Assembly: GCF_001447785.1 (NCBI RefSeq)
Contig: NW_015165831.1
Location: 1,364,064-1,428,063, forward strand
Reading direction: 5' to 3'
Length of the DNA: 64,000 nt
From: Gekko japonicus
Lineage: Eukaryota
The notes under the pieces are model-generated. The model searched no databases. It was not told the origin of the DNA and worked only from the letters and a program-made list of their open reading frames with translations. Every line of letters starts with the position of its first letter. Position 1 is the first letter of the stretch. Shown in pieces: positions 1-12,618 of the stretch. The position numbers and the translations under genes were made by a program.

Positions 1-330
1 ATCGCTCTGCTGCCTTTGGCCGCTGCTGGCTACGCGGGGAGTTCTGGATTTAAAGGGGCCGCATCGCCCAAAAGGGCGTCGGGATGTCCCGTCGGGCGAA
101 GGATGAGTACCACCGGCATTACACCGTCACCGACACCCGAACCCACCCCAAAGGCTACACTGAGTACAAAGTGACCGCCAAGGTGAGGGAGGGGTTTTCG
201 AGAACCCCCCCAATCCCACATTGAGGGGAGGGGGCGAAGTGCGTCAATAGGGCTTCTGTCTGTTCGCGGAGTTTGCTTCCAGTGGGTGGAGCCTATGCAG
301 GAGCAGCAGCGCGCAAGACCCTCTGTACAT
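1..330 (+). promoter_or_regulatory. CpG-rich promoter/first exon region of SNX15
   Basis: High CpG density around the ATG at 84 compared with the downstream intron; TATA-like tttaaa near 49. Confidence 0.55.
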
Positions 331-3300
331 GTGCAGAGTACTTTTTTCCTCGGGTGTGGTTCCCCGGCAGGGTCTGAGCTGCAAGTTGCATTTGTTCCCT
401 TACACGTTTTTTTTTAATCTCTATTGAAGGCAGAGCTCCGATACAATCATTGCAGGGAACCCTGCAAGAAATAAAGGCGCCTGCGCTACCGCCCCTCCCC
501 TTTCTGAAATATTAAAAATGGGAGGGGGGAAGACAGGACCCCCCCCCCGCCCCTCTGGATGGCCCTTTGCTCTTTTAGTATTTGTATGTGCTTTTATAAC
601 AATTAGATTTTAGCTGGTTTTAATGACATATGCCACTTTGTGGCATATTGATCAGGAGAAAAGTAGGATATAAGTAAAAAAATATTAAAATTAGAACATA
701 AGTCTTGTCGAGTCTCAACATCTGGCTCTATTTTTCTCTCCTCCAGTTTGTCTCAAAAGTGAATCCAGAAGATGTCAAGGAGGTATGTCCGTCTTTATAC
801 TTGCCTTACAGGTTATGCTAAATGCAGGAGGGAGGAACTGAGGACTGAGATTTGCCCAGGTACAGAGGGTGCTTCCCTTGGCTGCATATCTTTTCAGTGG
901 CTGAGGGGATAATAAAGTAATACTGGTAGGGTGTGTTGGCCCTCCTCAGAAATGGATTTTATCTGCACAATCACAGGGTCAACATCTGCCTCCCATCCCC
1001 AGCCATCACTTTCCGGCTCAAAACTGCTTTAACCTGGAGTACTGTGTCCAGTTTTGGGCACCACATTTTAGGAAGGATGTTGACAAGCTCGAGCGTGTCC
1101 AGAAGAGAGCAACCAGGATGGTGAGAGGGTTGGAATCTAAGTCTTATGAGGAAAGGCTGAAAGAATTGGGTATGTTTAGCTTGGGAGAGAGAAGGCTTAG
1201 AGGGGACATGATTGCAGTCTTCAAGTATTTGAAGGGCTGTCATGTAGAAGATGGAGCAGATCTATTCTCTCTTGCTCCGGATTGCAAGACTAGATCGGAT
1301 GGGTGGAAATTACAAGGGAGTCAATATCAGCTAAATATCAGGAGAAACTTCCTAACTGTAAGAGTGGTTGAGCAGTGGAACAGTCTACCTCGGGAGGTGG
1401 TGGATGCTCCTTCGCTGGACGTTTTCAAGCGGAGGCTGGACGACCATCTTTCGGGTATGTTGTAGGTATGTAGGGCTATCTTTCAGCTATGCTCCTGCAG
1501 AGTGCAGGGGGTTGGACTAGATGACCTGCAAGATACCTTCCAACTCTAACATTCTATGATTCTTTGATTCTAACCCGGAGTATTTTGATACCAGGTCCCC
1601 AAGTGGTGTATTCCTGATTCTCCGGTTCCAGCCGCATTTTCCCCCTGTGTGATCGCTCCTCCGGTGTTGAGCCACTTCTGATTTAAACCCCTTCCCCGCT
1701 CGAAAGCTGCCCGAGGCTTCCGCTTTTCGCCCATTTTTTAAAAAGCGTTGGCGGTGTGCGCATAGGTGGAGGTCCACCACAGGGTTATTAAAAACAATGT
1801 TTAGATGGTGCTTAGTTTTAGCGTTCCGTGCGCCTTGGTGTTTAGTCATGCCAGCCACATGACCACGGAAACGTCTTCGGACAGCGCTGGCTCTTCGGCT
1901 TTGAAACGGAGATGAGCACCGCAACCCTAGAGTCGGCTTCGACTGGCTTTCGAGCAAGGGAACCTTTACCTTTACCTTTCGTTTTAGCCTTTAGACAAGT
2001 TCAGGATCTCACGGAGGCCATTTTTGGCGGTAAACGTTTAAAGGGAAGTGTTCCTTTAAAATTTAAAGGGAAGTGTTACAGCAGTCGGGTTGAAGTGGAA
2101 ATCGCTGTTCTGCGCAGGTGCGAAACTTTTAGTTCCACAGATGGCTGCCTGTGCGCATGCCCAAACTGAGAGAGAGAGAAAAACAACAGCACAGCGATCC
2201 GGAGCAAGGAGGTGAGTGTGATCGCGATTCTCCAGGTTAAAAAAGACCGCATCAGGGCCGGAGCAATTCAAACCGCTCCCAGCACGCCGTCTGACCGCAC
2301 CGGTAGGTTCCCAGAGAGCCAGATGTGAACTTTGTGCCTTGAGTGGATAAGTAAGTTTTTCTGCAGAGCAAGGCTGGATAGATCTGCAGGGCTCCTACAC
2401 AGGATGAATCTGTGAAAATGGGGCAGGGTGTGTGTGAAAGAACAGTTCCTCAGATGTATGTATGTAAGTGCCGTCAAGTCACAACCAACTTACAGTGACC
2501 ACAATAAGGAGCTTTCAAGGCAAGGGAGAAGCAGGGGTGGTTTACCATTGTCTTCCTCTCCGGAGCCTTCCTTGGTGGTCTCTCCTCTAAGTACCAACCC
2601 TGCTTAGCTTTCAAGCTCTGACTTCCATTCCACTTCCTAAGTTCTTCATGCGGAGGTATTATTTCTTGGCAGGAGCCCCATGTTGTGGTGGGCACCGGAA
2701 AGCTCTCTGTATTGTCTGTCTCTCCCGTATTTCATCTTACAGATTGTGGTCTGGAAACGGTACAGCGACTTTAAGAAGCTGCACGGAGACCTGGCCTACA
2801 CCCACCGTAACCTCTTCCGACGTCTGGAGGACTTTCCTCCTTTCCCCAAAGCCCAAGTCTTTGGTGAGGGGCTGAACTGAGCTGGGTGGGAGAGATGCTC
2901 ACCACTGACCTCTCATTCCTGCAGCAGGGATTCTGTGGTGACTGTGTCCTCTGAACATAAGAACATAAGAGACGGCAATGTTGGATCAGGCCAAAGGCCC
3001 ATCCAGTCCAACACTCTGTATCACACAGTGGCCAGAAATACCAGGTGCCATCAGGAGGTCCAGCAGTGGGGCCAGGACATTAGAAGCCCTCCCACTGTTG
3101 ACCCCCCCCCCAAGCACCAAGATGACAGAGCATCACTTGCCCCAGAGTCCCTATCAATATTCCCGCTAAGCTGTGGAGTCTTGTGAGCAAAAATTCTGCT
3201 TTGTGAGCTCCTGGCATTAAAGCTGTGAGCGAGCGATTTGGCTCCTGCATCAATTAGTTTGCCCTGGAGCCCTCCTTCCTGAGCGAAGACAAAAAATGTG

Positions 3301-4025
3301 TGAGCCAGAGGCTAAAAAACTGTGAGCCAGCTCACACTAACTCAGCTTAGAGGGAACACTGGTCCCTATCTATACCTTGTGGCTATTAGCCACTGATGGA
3401 CCTCTGCTCCATATGCTTATCTAATTCCCTTTTGAAGCCGTCCATGCTTGTAGCCGCCACCACTTCCTGTGGCAGTGAATTCCATGTGTTAATCACTCTG
3501 AATACCTGGTGGTGGAAACAGGGGAGATGATCAGGGTCTTTCCAGGAAATTTTCCAGGGCAATCCGTCTGTTACCCCAAATGGTCTAGTAATTAATTGAT
3601 TGTTTGATGGGGGCTTTAGCTAAGCAAGAGTACCCAGAGTGCTGTCACCTATTTGAACTGGGAATTAGCTTTATTAGAGGCAGTATGAGAGGGGGTCACT
3701 AGAGAGATCTCCAGCTATGTATACCAGGATTTTCCCTTAGAGGACTCTTAAATAAATCAGGCTGATGTTCAAATAAAAGTATTTTTATTGAGGGATACTA
3801 AAAAGGCAAATATGCACTCTAAAAGACACACTGAAAACACTCTTGCAAGTTTGGCTAAGAAATAGTGTAGAAAAACGGGGGGTGTAATAGATATGGGAAG
3901 AAGTTATATTTACCTGTCTTGAAGATTCAGATCTGTGGAGGACCTGCGCTTCAAGGAGCCTACTCCTGAGTAAGGGTGTTTAGTATAGCAGAGCAGAGAT
4001 AAACTGAAGAGCGAGCAAGCTAAGC

Positions 4026-4064
<39 letters not shown>

Positions 4065-7000
4065 AAAGAAGTGAGCAGGCAAGCAAACACCACTAAAGAT
4101 GTGAACTTGCATTTTATAGTGGGGGGGGAAATGACATCTAAAAACAAAATGAACTTGGTGTGTTCCTGAGAACCCATCGTTGTTCCTTTTAGGTGGGAGA
4201 GACTTGTTTGTATGTCAGCCCTTTTCGTTCACTTCCAAATATGTTTCCTGGGCTAATTTCCTGGCAGGCAGTGCTGGGGTCACCTTTGGGACCCACACTG
4301 ATTTTATGTGAATGGATATCTGGAGTGATATTAAATATGAAGGGTGGATGGTCTTTATCTCTCTGGGTGCCACCTTTCCCTTCTGCAGGAGGGATCTGAC
4401 AACTAACAAGTCTGGCCACTTCTGGAAATAGAATGGAGAGTGTTACTAGAAATAAGGGGGTCTGTTGTTTTGATCCCACAAAGCCTTTCTAATGATGGGG
4501 AGGGTGGGCCGGGGAATGACCCAGCTGTCTGGGGCAGGGAGGTAGGGGATGTGCTAGATTTCATAGCCCTTTTCAGGATGACTTCCTTCTGAACCAAAAC
4601 ATTTGTTTGGTTGCTTTGGAGAAGGAGGGCATTAGGTTGCTTTTTGGAGTCCAACTGCAGTGTTTAGGGGTACATTCCAGATCCTGCCGAACCAATGGGT
4701 GCTGGGTATGTTCTGTGCTGAAGCTTCTTTCACAGGGGCATAGTGAACTGATTCAGATCAAGGCCAGAGAGTGGGCCTAAGACTTCCACCTGCACCATTT
4801 CCCCAAACTTGAAATTGTCTCAGTGAGCTGCTATTTGCCTCACCAGGGAAACTTGTGTATAGACTGTATATACATAGTCCAGTACATGTTAGTTTTCCAA
4901 TGGGAAAAATAGCTCCCCAGGACTGTTTCAGGTGGGGGTAAATGGTGCACGAGGAAATGCTTAGGTCTCCCCTCCCTGTGTGTCATGGTCTCAATCTGAA
5001 TTGGGTCTGTATTAAGTTTCTACATGGAACTCTCAGCGATTGTCTGGTTCAACAGGTCCCAGAATGGACATGTAAACTATCATGTGTAGCTAGGCTCTAT
5101 GGTTTGGGGAATTTTTGCCAACCTAGCAAAGGGAAGCCTCCTGCGAACGCATGTATACTCCAGACAGGGTGGCACAGCAGCAGTCCTGACACCCAGTGTG
5201 ACGTGGGACTCTTTTTCTTGCAGGGCGATTTGAGCCCAAGGTGATAGAGGAGCGGAGGAAGGCTGCTGAGGTCATGCTGCGTTTCACTGTGCACATCCCC
5301 GCTTTGAACAACAGTCCACAGCTCAAGGAGTTCTTCCGGGTATTTTGACTGGGCAGATGGGAGGAGGGTGGAGATGACCCCTGGGCCACTGGATCCAACG
5401 TTGAGTCCTCGTAGTGGTGGTGGAGGGGGAGGCTTCTAGGGATTTGTGAGTTCCACTGTGGCTCCTGGATCCCCTCCTTGGTTGCAGAATGGGGGTGCTG
5501 GGTCCTGACCCCCAGTCCTCCTGTGAGTTCCAGGTGTGATTCATGGCCTGCTCCGCATCCCACGATGAAGACTGCACTTGTGCCTCTGCACTCATGCTGC
5601 TGCTTTCTGTCTTGCAGGGTGGGGAGGGGAGGAGACCTCTGGAAAACTGCAACCTGCCTTCTCTGCCTCCCCCTCTGATCCCCGTGCCGTCAGAAGGAGT
5701 GGAGCCTGGCGAGGATGCTCTGGCGTCTGACGTGGACCACGGACTCCTGGACCTGGACTCGGAGCATGATCACTGCAGAGCTGCAGAAGCCACGAGGAAA
5801 GTCTGTGATCTGGAGCCCCCAGTGAGGGAGGGAGGTAGGGCTTTCTGGTCCTTGCCTTCTAAAGGAGCTGTGGCTCAGTGATGGAGCAGCTGCTTGGCAT
5901 GGAGAAGGTCCCAGGTTCAATCCCGGGCATCTCCAGTCAAAAGGATCCAGATAGCAGGTGATGTGAACAACCTCTGCCTGAGACCCTGGAGAACTGCTGC
6001 CAGTCTGAGCAGCTGGCCCGTAGATGCAGTGGGGCTATTGGGGGCTCTGCCCCCTTCCTTAAAGGGCCAGCCCCCACAATATATTTTTGAGAAGGATTGG
6101 GGGGTCGTGCGCATGGCCCCCCCACTTCTTCTCAAGAGCATTTAAATGGATCCTTTAAACATTCTTGAAAAGAAGCGGTGGATGGCACGCTTCCCTCTCC
6201 CTTCCCTCCTTCAAGATTTAAAGCGACCTCCAGCTGATCGACGGGCCACGTGCTCCCCACTGATCAGCTGAAGGGCTGCTTAAATCTTGCAGGAGGGGAG
6301 GGAGAAGGGTGGCTCCCAGTGGTTGGGCTTGGGGGCAGACATAAAAATAATGGCAGCCCCACCGGAAAAAATTTGCCCCCCGCAAGCCACAAAATCCTGG
6401 CTATGGGCCTGCTGAGCAGACCTAGAGTCTGACTCAGCAGAAGGCAGCTTCATGTAAGATGCTGAGGCTGAATTTTGTGATCTGCTCCCCTTCTTCTGTG
6501 GGGAGCTGCTTATCAGCAGTGGAGGAGAGGCATGCTGCACGTCCTTGCATGCAGCTTTCCCATGTAATTTTTGCACAAGTTGGGACTTTGCAAACTAGAA
6601 ACCACCCCCCTGTGCTTGTGTTGGGATGGAGGATATGTGCAGGACGAGTGGAAGATTCCTCCTCTCCCACCTCCAATCAGGTTTCTGTGGAGCTGGCTCC
6701 AGGAGGGCAGTCCCTCTTTGCTGCATGCTTCGGTATAAAACCTAAGTGCACACAGGGACCTTTCCAAAGACGGACGATCAGGACCTTGCGAGGCTTGGAG
6801 TGAGGACTGTTGACTCCCTTGGGACTTCTAGTGTTGATAATGAGGCCTCCGGGTTCCTAATCTGCAGCTTCAGAGGCTTGCGTCTGCATTGTGGCAGCTT
6901 GCAGGCGGCTGATAAAGGCCAGATATTATCAGCATCTCTGGAATCCAAAGCGGGAGGGAGAGCTTCAGCTTTAATTTCTTACACATCTGGAGCCTTGGGC

Positions 7001-9719
7001 TCCTGCTCTCACAAGGGCCGGGCCGGGAGGGGATATTGCTGAATGGGAGAAGCTTCCTGCATCCCTGTGCCTTGCCTGCTCTGAGGGCCTGTCATTCCCC
7101 ACCCCCCGCCCCCCAATCACTGCCCAGCCTGATCAAGTGTTCCTGGCACAGGGGACCACTCCTCCCCCCGAAACTGTGAAGATGAAGCCCTGGATGCTCT
7201 CTTTGCTTGTGCTGGGGAGGAGGAAGAGGAGGAGGAGGAAGAAGAAGAGAAGGAAATGAGCTCGCCTTCCCGCTGCCCCCTGTCGGTCCAGGAGCTGGCC
7301 CTGTTTGACCCCTTCGCGGAGGAAGGTAGGTGGGTTGACGGAGGCTGTCAGTGGGCGGCTGGGCCCTGCGTGGTTTTGGCCAAGTGTTGGTCAGCCTTCA
7401 TTCGAGGGGGGAGGATGGACCAGGAGACAGGACTGGGATTCGTTCTGTATTGTCCCCAAGCTCCTCCATGGATCTCCTGCTGGAGCGTGTCTTTTGCAAG
7501 GCCATTGTGTGATTTTAGATGACGGCCTTCACTTAAGCGGTGTGTGGGCACGAGTAGAGTTGTAGAGCCCGGAGGGGGAAGACAAGGAGTGTGTGTTCCC
7601 AGCCTTCTCCCTGTTGCTCAGCCTCGGGTGCGGCCAGCTCGTCCCCTGCTCGTGCTTCCTTGGAAGATGGACCGGCGCCTTCTCCCCTGAGCACAGGAAT
7701 CCTGCAGCCAGCCCAGGCAGGAACGGCCGCGTCAGATCCCGGTGCGTACCTGCCTTTGGCCACCGAGCGTATCAAGCGCGCCTTGGAGAGCGAAGCAGCT
7801 GAAGACTATGAGGGGGCTTTCCATGGCTACCGCAGCGGTGTTGACTTGCTGCTTCAGGGCCTGCAAGGTACGGGGATTGCTTACCTCTGGCTGATGTGGA
7901 GAGCTGGTCCCGTGACTTCCACCCCATCTGAGAGGGTGAGGACGTGGGCAGCCACGTTGCGCTGTCTGTATAAGCGCCCCGGTTTCCCTGTCACAAGGCT
8001 GCAGTCCTTGGCACGCTTAGTTGGACTTGCTTCCTAGTACGTGTGTGTACTGTAAACAATGCTCCCTCTAAGCAGTGGCGTCTTGTGAGCAAAAATTCTC
8101 CTTTGTGAGCTGCTGGCATTAAAGTTGTGAGCGAGCGATTTGGCTCCTGCATAAATCAGTTTGCTCTGGAGCCATCCCTCCTGAGCTGAGGCAAAAATGT
8201 GTGAGCTGGAGGCTAAAAAAACATGAGCTGGCTCACACTAACTTAGCTTAGAGGGAACATTGACTGTAAATAAGAACATAAGAAGAGACCTGCTGGATCA
8301 GACCAGTAGTCCATCTAGTCCAGCATCCTGTCTCAAACACTGGCCAACCAGTTCCTCTGGAGGGCCAACAAACAGGACACAGAGGCTAAGGCCTTCCCCT
8401 GATGTTGCCTTCTGGCTCTGGGATTCAGAGGATGACTGCCTCTGAATGTGGAGGTTCTTTTTAGTCACCGTGGCTGGTGTCCACTGATAGACCTCTCCTC
8501 TATGAATCTATCTAATCCCCTTTTAAAGCCGTCCACGCCTGTGTCCATCAGTACATGCTCTGGCAGCAAATTCCACATTTTAATCACTTGCTGTGTAAAG
8601 AAGAATTCCCTTTTTTTGTCCCGGATCTACTGTCCGTCGACTTCATCTCTCCTTTGTGAGGCATCTGGGTCTACCTCTGGCCTTAATGAACGGTCCTCCT
8701 TTTTGTGAGCAGGGCAGTTTGTATAGATGTGTGTTGTTTGAGCGTGAGCCTTCCTTGGAGGGATGCTCCCCGTCGTTCAGTTTCAGATGTACCCATCTTC
8801 TTTCCAAGGTGGGGGAAGGTGCTGCTTCTGGATGCTGGCAGCCCAGACTGGCCTTGGTTCAGTGTTGTTTGTTTGGAACCGGCAACATGGCTAAACCATC
8901 TCTCTCCTCCCCTGAGAATTTTTTTTTTTAAATCAATTCTACTTTTTAAAAAGGATTCCTAATTGCATAGAGGTTCGTGTTGCATCTTTTTAAAGGGTGC
9001 TGGTTGCATGAGTGGCACAGGCAATGCTAGAATTGGTGGCACATACCTGTGTGTGTTTTCACAACATGCAGTGGATGAAGACGGAGCTCAGGCTGGGGGG
9101 AGGAAAAAAACGAGGCAGAGTCCTCCTTTTCAGGTGCATCCGTACTCACCTTAACTTGGGCTGTGCCTCTTCCCATCACCTATTACACTTCCTTGTACCC
9201 AGGGGTCATTTCGTAGGAAAAGAGGTGCAGGAGCTCATTAGCACAACTCATTCGCATAACTTATTTGCATATGCCACACACCCCTGGCATCACTGGAAGT
9301 GTGTCAGAAGGCAACACCCACCACTCAGGCTCCACTGGACTGTTTTGGATTGCTAGCTATGAGTGGGGGGACGCACAGATCCTCATGCTCCTCGTGGCCC
9401 AGGGTTGCTGGGAGCAGGGGGTGGGGCTTGTTGCATGTGCTCTTTACTGCTGGAGCTCCACTCCTGTGCGCTCCTGCAGGAAATGACCCCTGCGTGTACC
9501 CGAAACAGTAGATTCTGCTCTTACATGGTTTGATACCAAGTGTGGTCTTTTGGCTGTTGCGCTGAGCTTGTCGGGCCCACCCCGTACCTCACTCCTTCCT
9601 TCCTGCTTTCAGGGGACCCAGATGCGGCCCGCAGGGAGGCTGTGAAGAAGAAGACAGCGGAATACTTGCGGAGGGCTGAGGAGATCTTCCAGCAACACCT
9701 GAAGCATCTACACCTTTGA
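84..9719 (+). CDS. SNX15: Sorting nexin-15 (PX + MIT domains), ~371 aa; join(84..182,747..782,2743..2863,5224..5339,5618..5834,7152..7325,7622..7867,9613..9719)
   Basis: Translation MSRRAKDEYHRHYTVTDTRTHPKGYTEYKVTAK|FVSKVNPEDVKE|IVVWKRYSDFKKLHGDLAYTHRNLFRRLEDFPPFPKAQVFG|RFEPKVIEERRK...NNSPQLKEFFR (PX domain), ELALFDPF motif, C-terminal MIT ...REAVKKKTAEYLRRAEEIF. All introns GT-AG with consistent phases; total 1116 nt. Confidence 0.96.
1030..1572 (+). mobile_element. 5'-truncated CR1 LINE (ORF2 C-terminus + 3' tail)
   Basis: ORF 1118..1465 MVRGLESKSYEERLKELGMFSLGERRLRGDMIAVFKYLKG...RRNFLTVRVVEQWNSLPREVV is typical CR1 ORF2; ends in an attctatgattct tail; flanked by taacc(t/c)ggagta direct repeats. 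Confidence 0.92.
1823..1980 (+). mobile_element. Sauria SINE 3' portion
   Basis: gtcatgccagccacatgaccacgg...cttcggc...gagatgagcacc body, (ACCTTT)n tail, 8-bp TSD gttttagc at 1815-1822 and 1981-1988. Confidence 0.85.
2467..2625 (-). mobile_element. 5S rRNA-headed SINE (SINE3) remnant
   Basis: Reverse strand reads ...gaaagctaagcagggttggtacttagaggagagaccaccaagg..., a degenerate 5S internal promoter, followed by the same gacttgacggcac tail as other copies. Confidence 0.6.
2953..3500 (-). mobile_element. CR1 3'-end fragment interrupted by a hAT MITE
   Basis: Reverse complement of the 3' end of the CR1 at 60270-61806 (gaacataagaacataag tail; ccacaggaagtggtggcggctacaagcatggacggcttcaaaagg). Confidence 0.8.
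3155..3361. mobile_element. hAT-type MITE, family A copy 1 (~205 bp)
   Basis: TIR CAATATTCCCGCTAAG / CTTAGAGGGAACACTG; perfect 8-bp TSD gtccctat. Confidence 0.9.
3569..4408 (-). mobile_element. Solo LTR (~840 bp)
   Basis: TGTTA...TAACA termini; near-TSD cgtc/agtc; minus-strand TATAAA (near 4113) upstream of AATAAA (near 3785); internal (GCCA)n. Confidence 0.6.
5863..6455 (+). mobile_element. tRNA-derived SINE (gctgtggctcagtg...ggttcaatccc head); other copies near 10290-10470(-), 25370-25550, 29945-30155, 36870-37010(-), 41180-41260, 41660-41870(-), 52300-52460
   Basis: A/B-box tRNA-like head followed by the shared body gcaggtgatgtgaa...ctgcctgagaccctggagagctgctgccagtctgag...aaggcagcttcat. 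Confidence 0.8.
6013..6411. mobile_element. hAT-type non-autonomous element nested in a SINE
   Basis: Termini ctggcccgtag / ctatgggcctg; perfect 8-bp TSD ctgagcag (6005-6012, 6412-6419). Confidence 0.8.
8057..8262. mobile_element. hAT-type MITE, family A copy 2
   Basis: TIR caatgctccctctaag / cttagagggaacattg; perfect TSD actgtaaa. Confidence 0.9.
9200..9492. mobile_element. hAT-type MITE, family B (octamer-bearing) copy 1
   Basis: TIR CAGGGGTCATTTC / GAAATGACCCCTG; TSD cttgtacc/cgtgtacc (7/8); contains ATTTGCAT. Confidence 0.85.
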
Positions 9720-10509
9720 GGGGTGGCTTCTGAGGCACCCCTGGTGGGCACACGTCAGCGCGGGGTGTCCCTTGCTGAGTTGCTGCTGCTGCCGCCGCCG
9801 CCTTAGGAAGAAGCCACCCTCTGCTCCTTCAGCAGCCACTGCCCTTATCCTGGCCTCGACCGGCCAGAGTAGATGTGACCACTCAACTTCACCTTTCCTT
9901 GCTGTACTGTTGGTGGGTGGAGGATTTGATCCACACTGTCCAAAGACATGTTTGTAAACCTTTCCAGTGCCCTGTTTTAATTTATACCCATTGCATCTGC
10001 TTTTGCTCTGGATGTTCACTTTGTGGGGCAGGGATGTGGGGGGAAGTGGAGTGGGCCGTTCGTGTCGTTGGGAGATGATGATGAGCGCTGCAGTGCCCGG
10101 ATCCGAAATACCGAGAGAGCACAGAGGAGTCTCTCTGTTCCCGCAGTCTCCTTCCTCTTGGTTTAAAGTGGAAAACCCAAGTTCACCACTGCTTCCTGCC
10201 AAGAGTGGGGCTGCTGAATCAAGGTTTGTATCTGAAGCTAATGAAAACCCAGAATCCCCCTCCATATGTGAAACTGCTTTACACTAAATGAGAACATTGG
10301 TCCATCACAGTCAGTATTGTCCAGTCTGACTGGCAGCAGCTCTCCAGGGTCCCAGGCAGAGAGTCTTTCACACCACCTCCTGCCTGGTCCCTTTTAACTG
10401 GAGATTCCGGGGACTGAACCTGGGACCTTCCGCATGCCAAGCAGATGCTCTTCTACTGAGCCACAGTGCCAGGGTGGAATGAAATTAATGAGCAGTAGGC
10501 TTAGAACAG

Positions 10510-10595
10510 GAGGGCTTAGACAGGAGGGCCTGGCGGGATCTTGTCCATGGGGTCGCGAAGAGTCGGACTCGACTGTGCGACTGAACAACAACAAA
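10510..10595 (+). mobile_element. BovB/RTE LINE extreme 3' end
   Basis: gtccatggggtcgcgaagagtcggactcgactg...gactgaacaacaacaa with (CAA)n tail; 11-bp TSD gcttagaacag. Confidence 0.8.
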
Positions 10596-10604
10596 GCTTA
10601 GAAC

Positions 10605-10955
10605 AGATAAAAAAAAAGTCCTTCACCCAAAGAGTAATTAACATATGGAATTCACTGCCACAGGAAGAGGTGGCAGCTACAAGCATGGACAGCTTCAAGG
10701 GGGGATTGGATAAACATATGGAGCAGAGGTCCATCCATGGCTGTTAGCCACAAGGTATAGATGGAACACTCTGTCTGGGGCAGTGATGCTTTGTATTCTT
10801 GGTGCTTGGGGGGCAACAGTGGGAGGGCTTCTGGAGTTCTGGCCCCACTGGTGGGCCTCCTGATAGCCCCTAGGTTTTGGCCACTGTGTGACACAGAGTG
10901 TTGGCTTGGATGAGCCATTGGCCTGATCCAACATGGCTTCTCTTATGTTCTTATA
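10605..10955 (+). mobile_element. CR1 3'-end fragment
   Basis: FTQRVINIWNSLPQEEVAATSMDSFKGGLDKHME followed by 3' UTR ending in tcttatgttctta. Confidence 0.85.
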
Positions 10956-12390
10956 AGAACCAGGGTTAGAGAGCTTACCTTCTGTGGGGCATATTGTTCA
11001 TTACCCCACTTCCTTTCCCTGTAACTTAACAGCCTGCCAGCCATACACCGGAAGTTTTTATAAATGATTTGTAATTGCATTGATAAATATGGCAAAGTCA
11101 CATGCACATTTTAAAAAATATTGCCGGACAATAATATCTTTAGTTCCTGTTGTTCTGAAATGTTCTGTAGGCTATCCGTCCAGGGAGTAATACATTGGTT
11201 ATGAAGTGAAATATAAGGAAAAAAGGAAAGATCCACCCCACTTCAAGAGAGGAATAAGACATATCACAACCATTGTGTGTTGTCCCTGTGAGCGGCTTCA
11301 TCAACAGAGTAAGATTTGAGTCCAGTACCACCTTGAAGACTTAAGATTTCTAGGGAATAAGCTTTTGGGAGTCAAAGTTCCCCTTGTCAGATACCCTGGA
11401 AACCTTGGTGGCCTTTCCAGTGCTACTGCAGACCAACAGAGCTACCTGCCTGAAACCACCTTCGTCAACAGATGTGCTCCATGTCGCTTCCCCTTTTCTG
11501 CTGCTTTGTCAGTGATCACACTAGGAGGATATAATAAGGACAGATGGCGCAATCCCATAAGGGTTGACTCAGAATTACGTCCCGCTGACAGCAGTTACTC
11601 CTCTGCCAATTGTGCTCGGGGGACTGTAGCCAGAAGAAGAATCTTGCAAAAAGCTCCTTGTTCACAAACATTCAGCTTAAGGACACACACACACACATAT
11701 ATGATGCAAGGGAGGATCGCTGCAGCCTCTGCCGAGAAGGCCAGAGAGCCAGTTGTTTGCCTGCGCTTCCAGCAGCAAAACTCACTCCTGACTTGCTCCC
11801 ACTTGCAGCTCCTCCAGAAAAGCTGAATGACATTCCATCAAAAGCTGGATGGAATCAGAATGCTCTTTGTTCAGGGGGGTTAGAATCGTATGACAGGCTG
11901 GGCCTTATGGCAGCTCTGACAGCTGACTCATGTAGCTTCTGGCTGCAGGGAGAAGCCTTCAGCTGCTATTGTTCAAAACGAATTCCAGGGAAGGGGGGGG
12001 GGGGCGGGACAGGAGGCACAGTGAAGCTTCCAGCAACACAATGCAGCCAGTTTTATGGTCAACTCAGAGAGCCTTTGTGTGTTTTCTCTACATATTATGT
12101 GAGTGCGCAATAGATAGGCAAGAGGTGTTGCCTCAGCAGCATATTCCAAAGGACGTCTCAATTTTCACATGCCCCCAAGGAGTTTTAACACTGATAGTCG
12201 GTGGCTCTGGAGTGGTGGGAGCAAAACAACCCCTGAAAGATCTTCTAAACATTTCAGTGGGGTATGTGATGTCCTTTTTGCAAAAATATAAACCTTACCT
12301 GCTTCTGGTTTTACCACAAGAGTGATTTTAAACTCTTTAAAAAACATTTACAGGGAGTGGCTTTACAGTTAAGCCTGGACCAATTTTTGG

Positions 12391-12585
12391 TGGTGGAAAG
12401 TGCTATCAAGTCGCAGGCGACTTACGACGACCCTGTTGGGTTTTCAAGGCAAGGGATGAACAGAGGTAGTTTGCTTTTGCCTGCCCCTGCATAGCAACCC
12501 TGAACTTCCTTGGGGGTGGGGTCTCCTATCCAAGTATTGACCCTGCTTAGCTTCCAAGAGCTGATGTGATTGGGCCATCCACAAT
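12391..12585 (-). mobile_element. 5S rRNA-headed SINE (SINE3)
   Basis: Reverse strand: cttggaagctaagcagggg...tacttggataggagacc (5S boxes), then ggcaggcaaaagcaaactacctctg...gtcgtaagtcgcctgcgacttgatagcactttccaccacc. Confidence 0.7.
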
Positions 12586-12618
12586 CAGAGCTGGGACTAT
12601 TTTTTAGCATTCTACTGC

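Noticed and set aside
11365-12325. Overlapping 118-167 aa ORFs downstream of SNX15
   Set aside because: Non-ATG starts, partly repeat-derived, no homology recognised.
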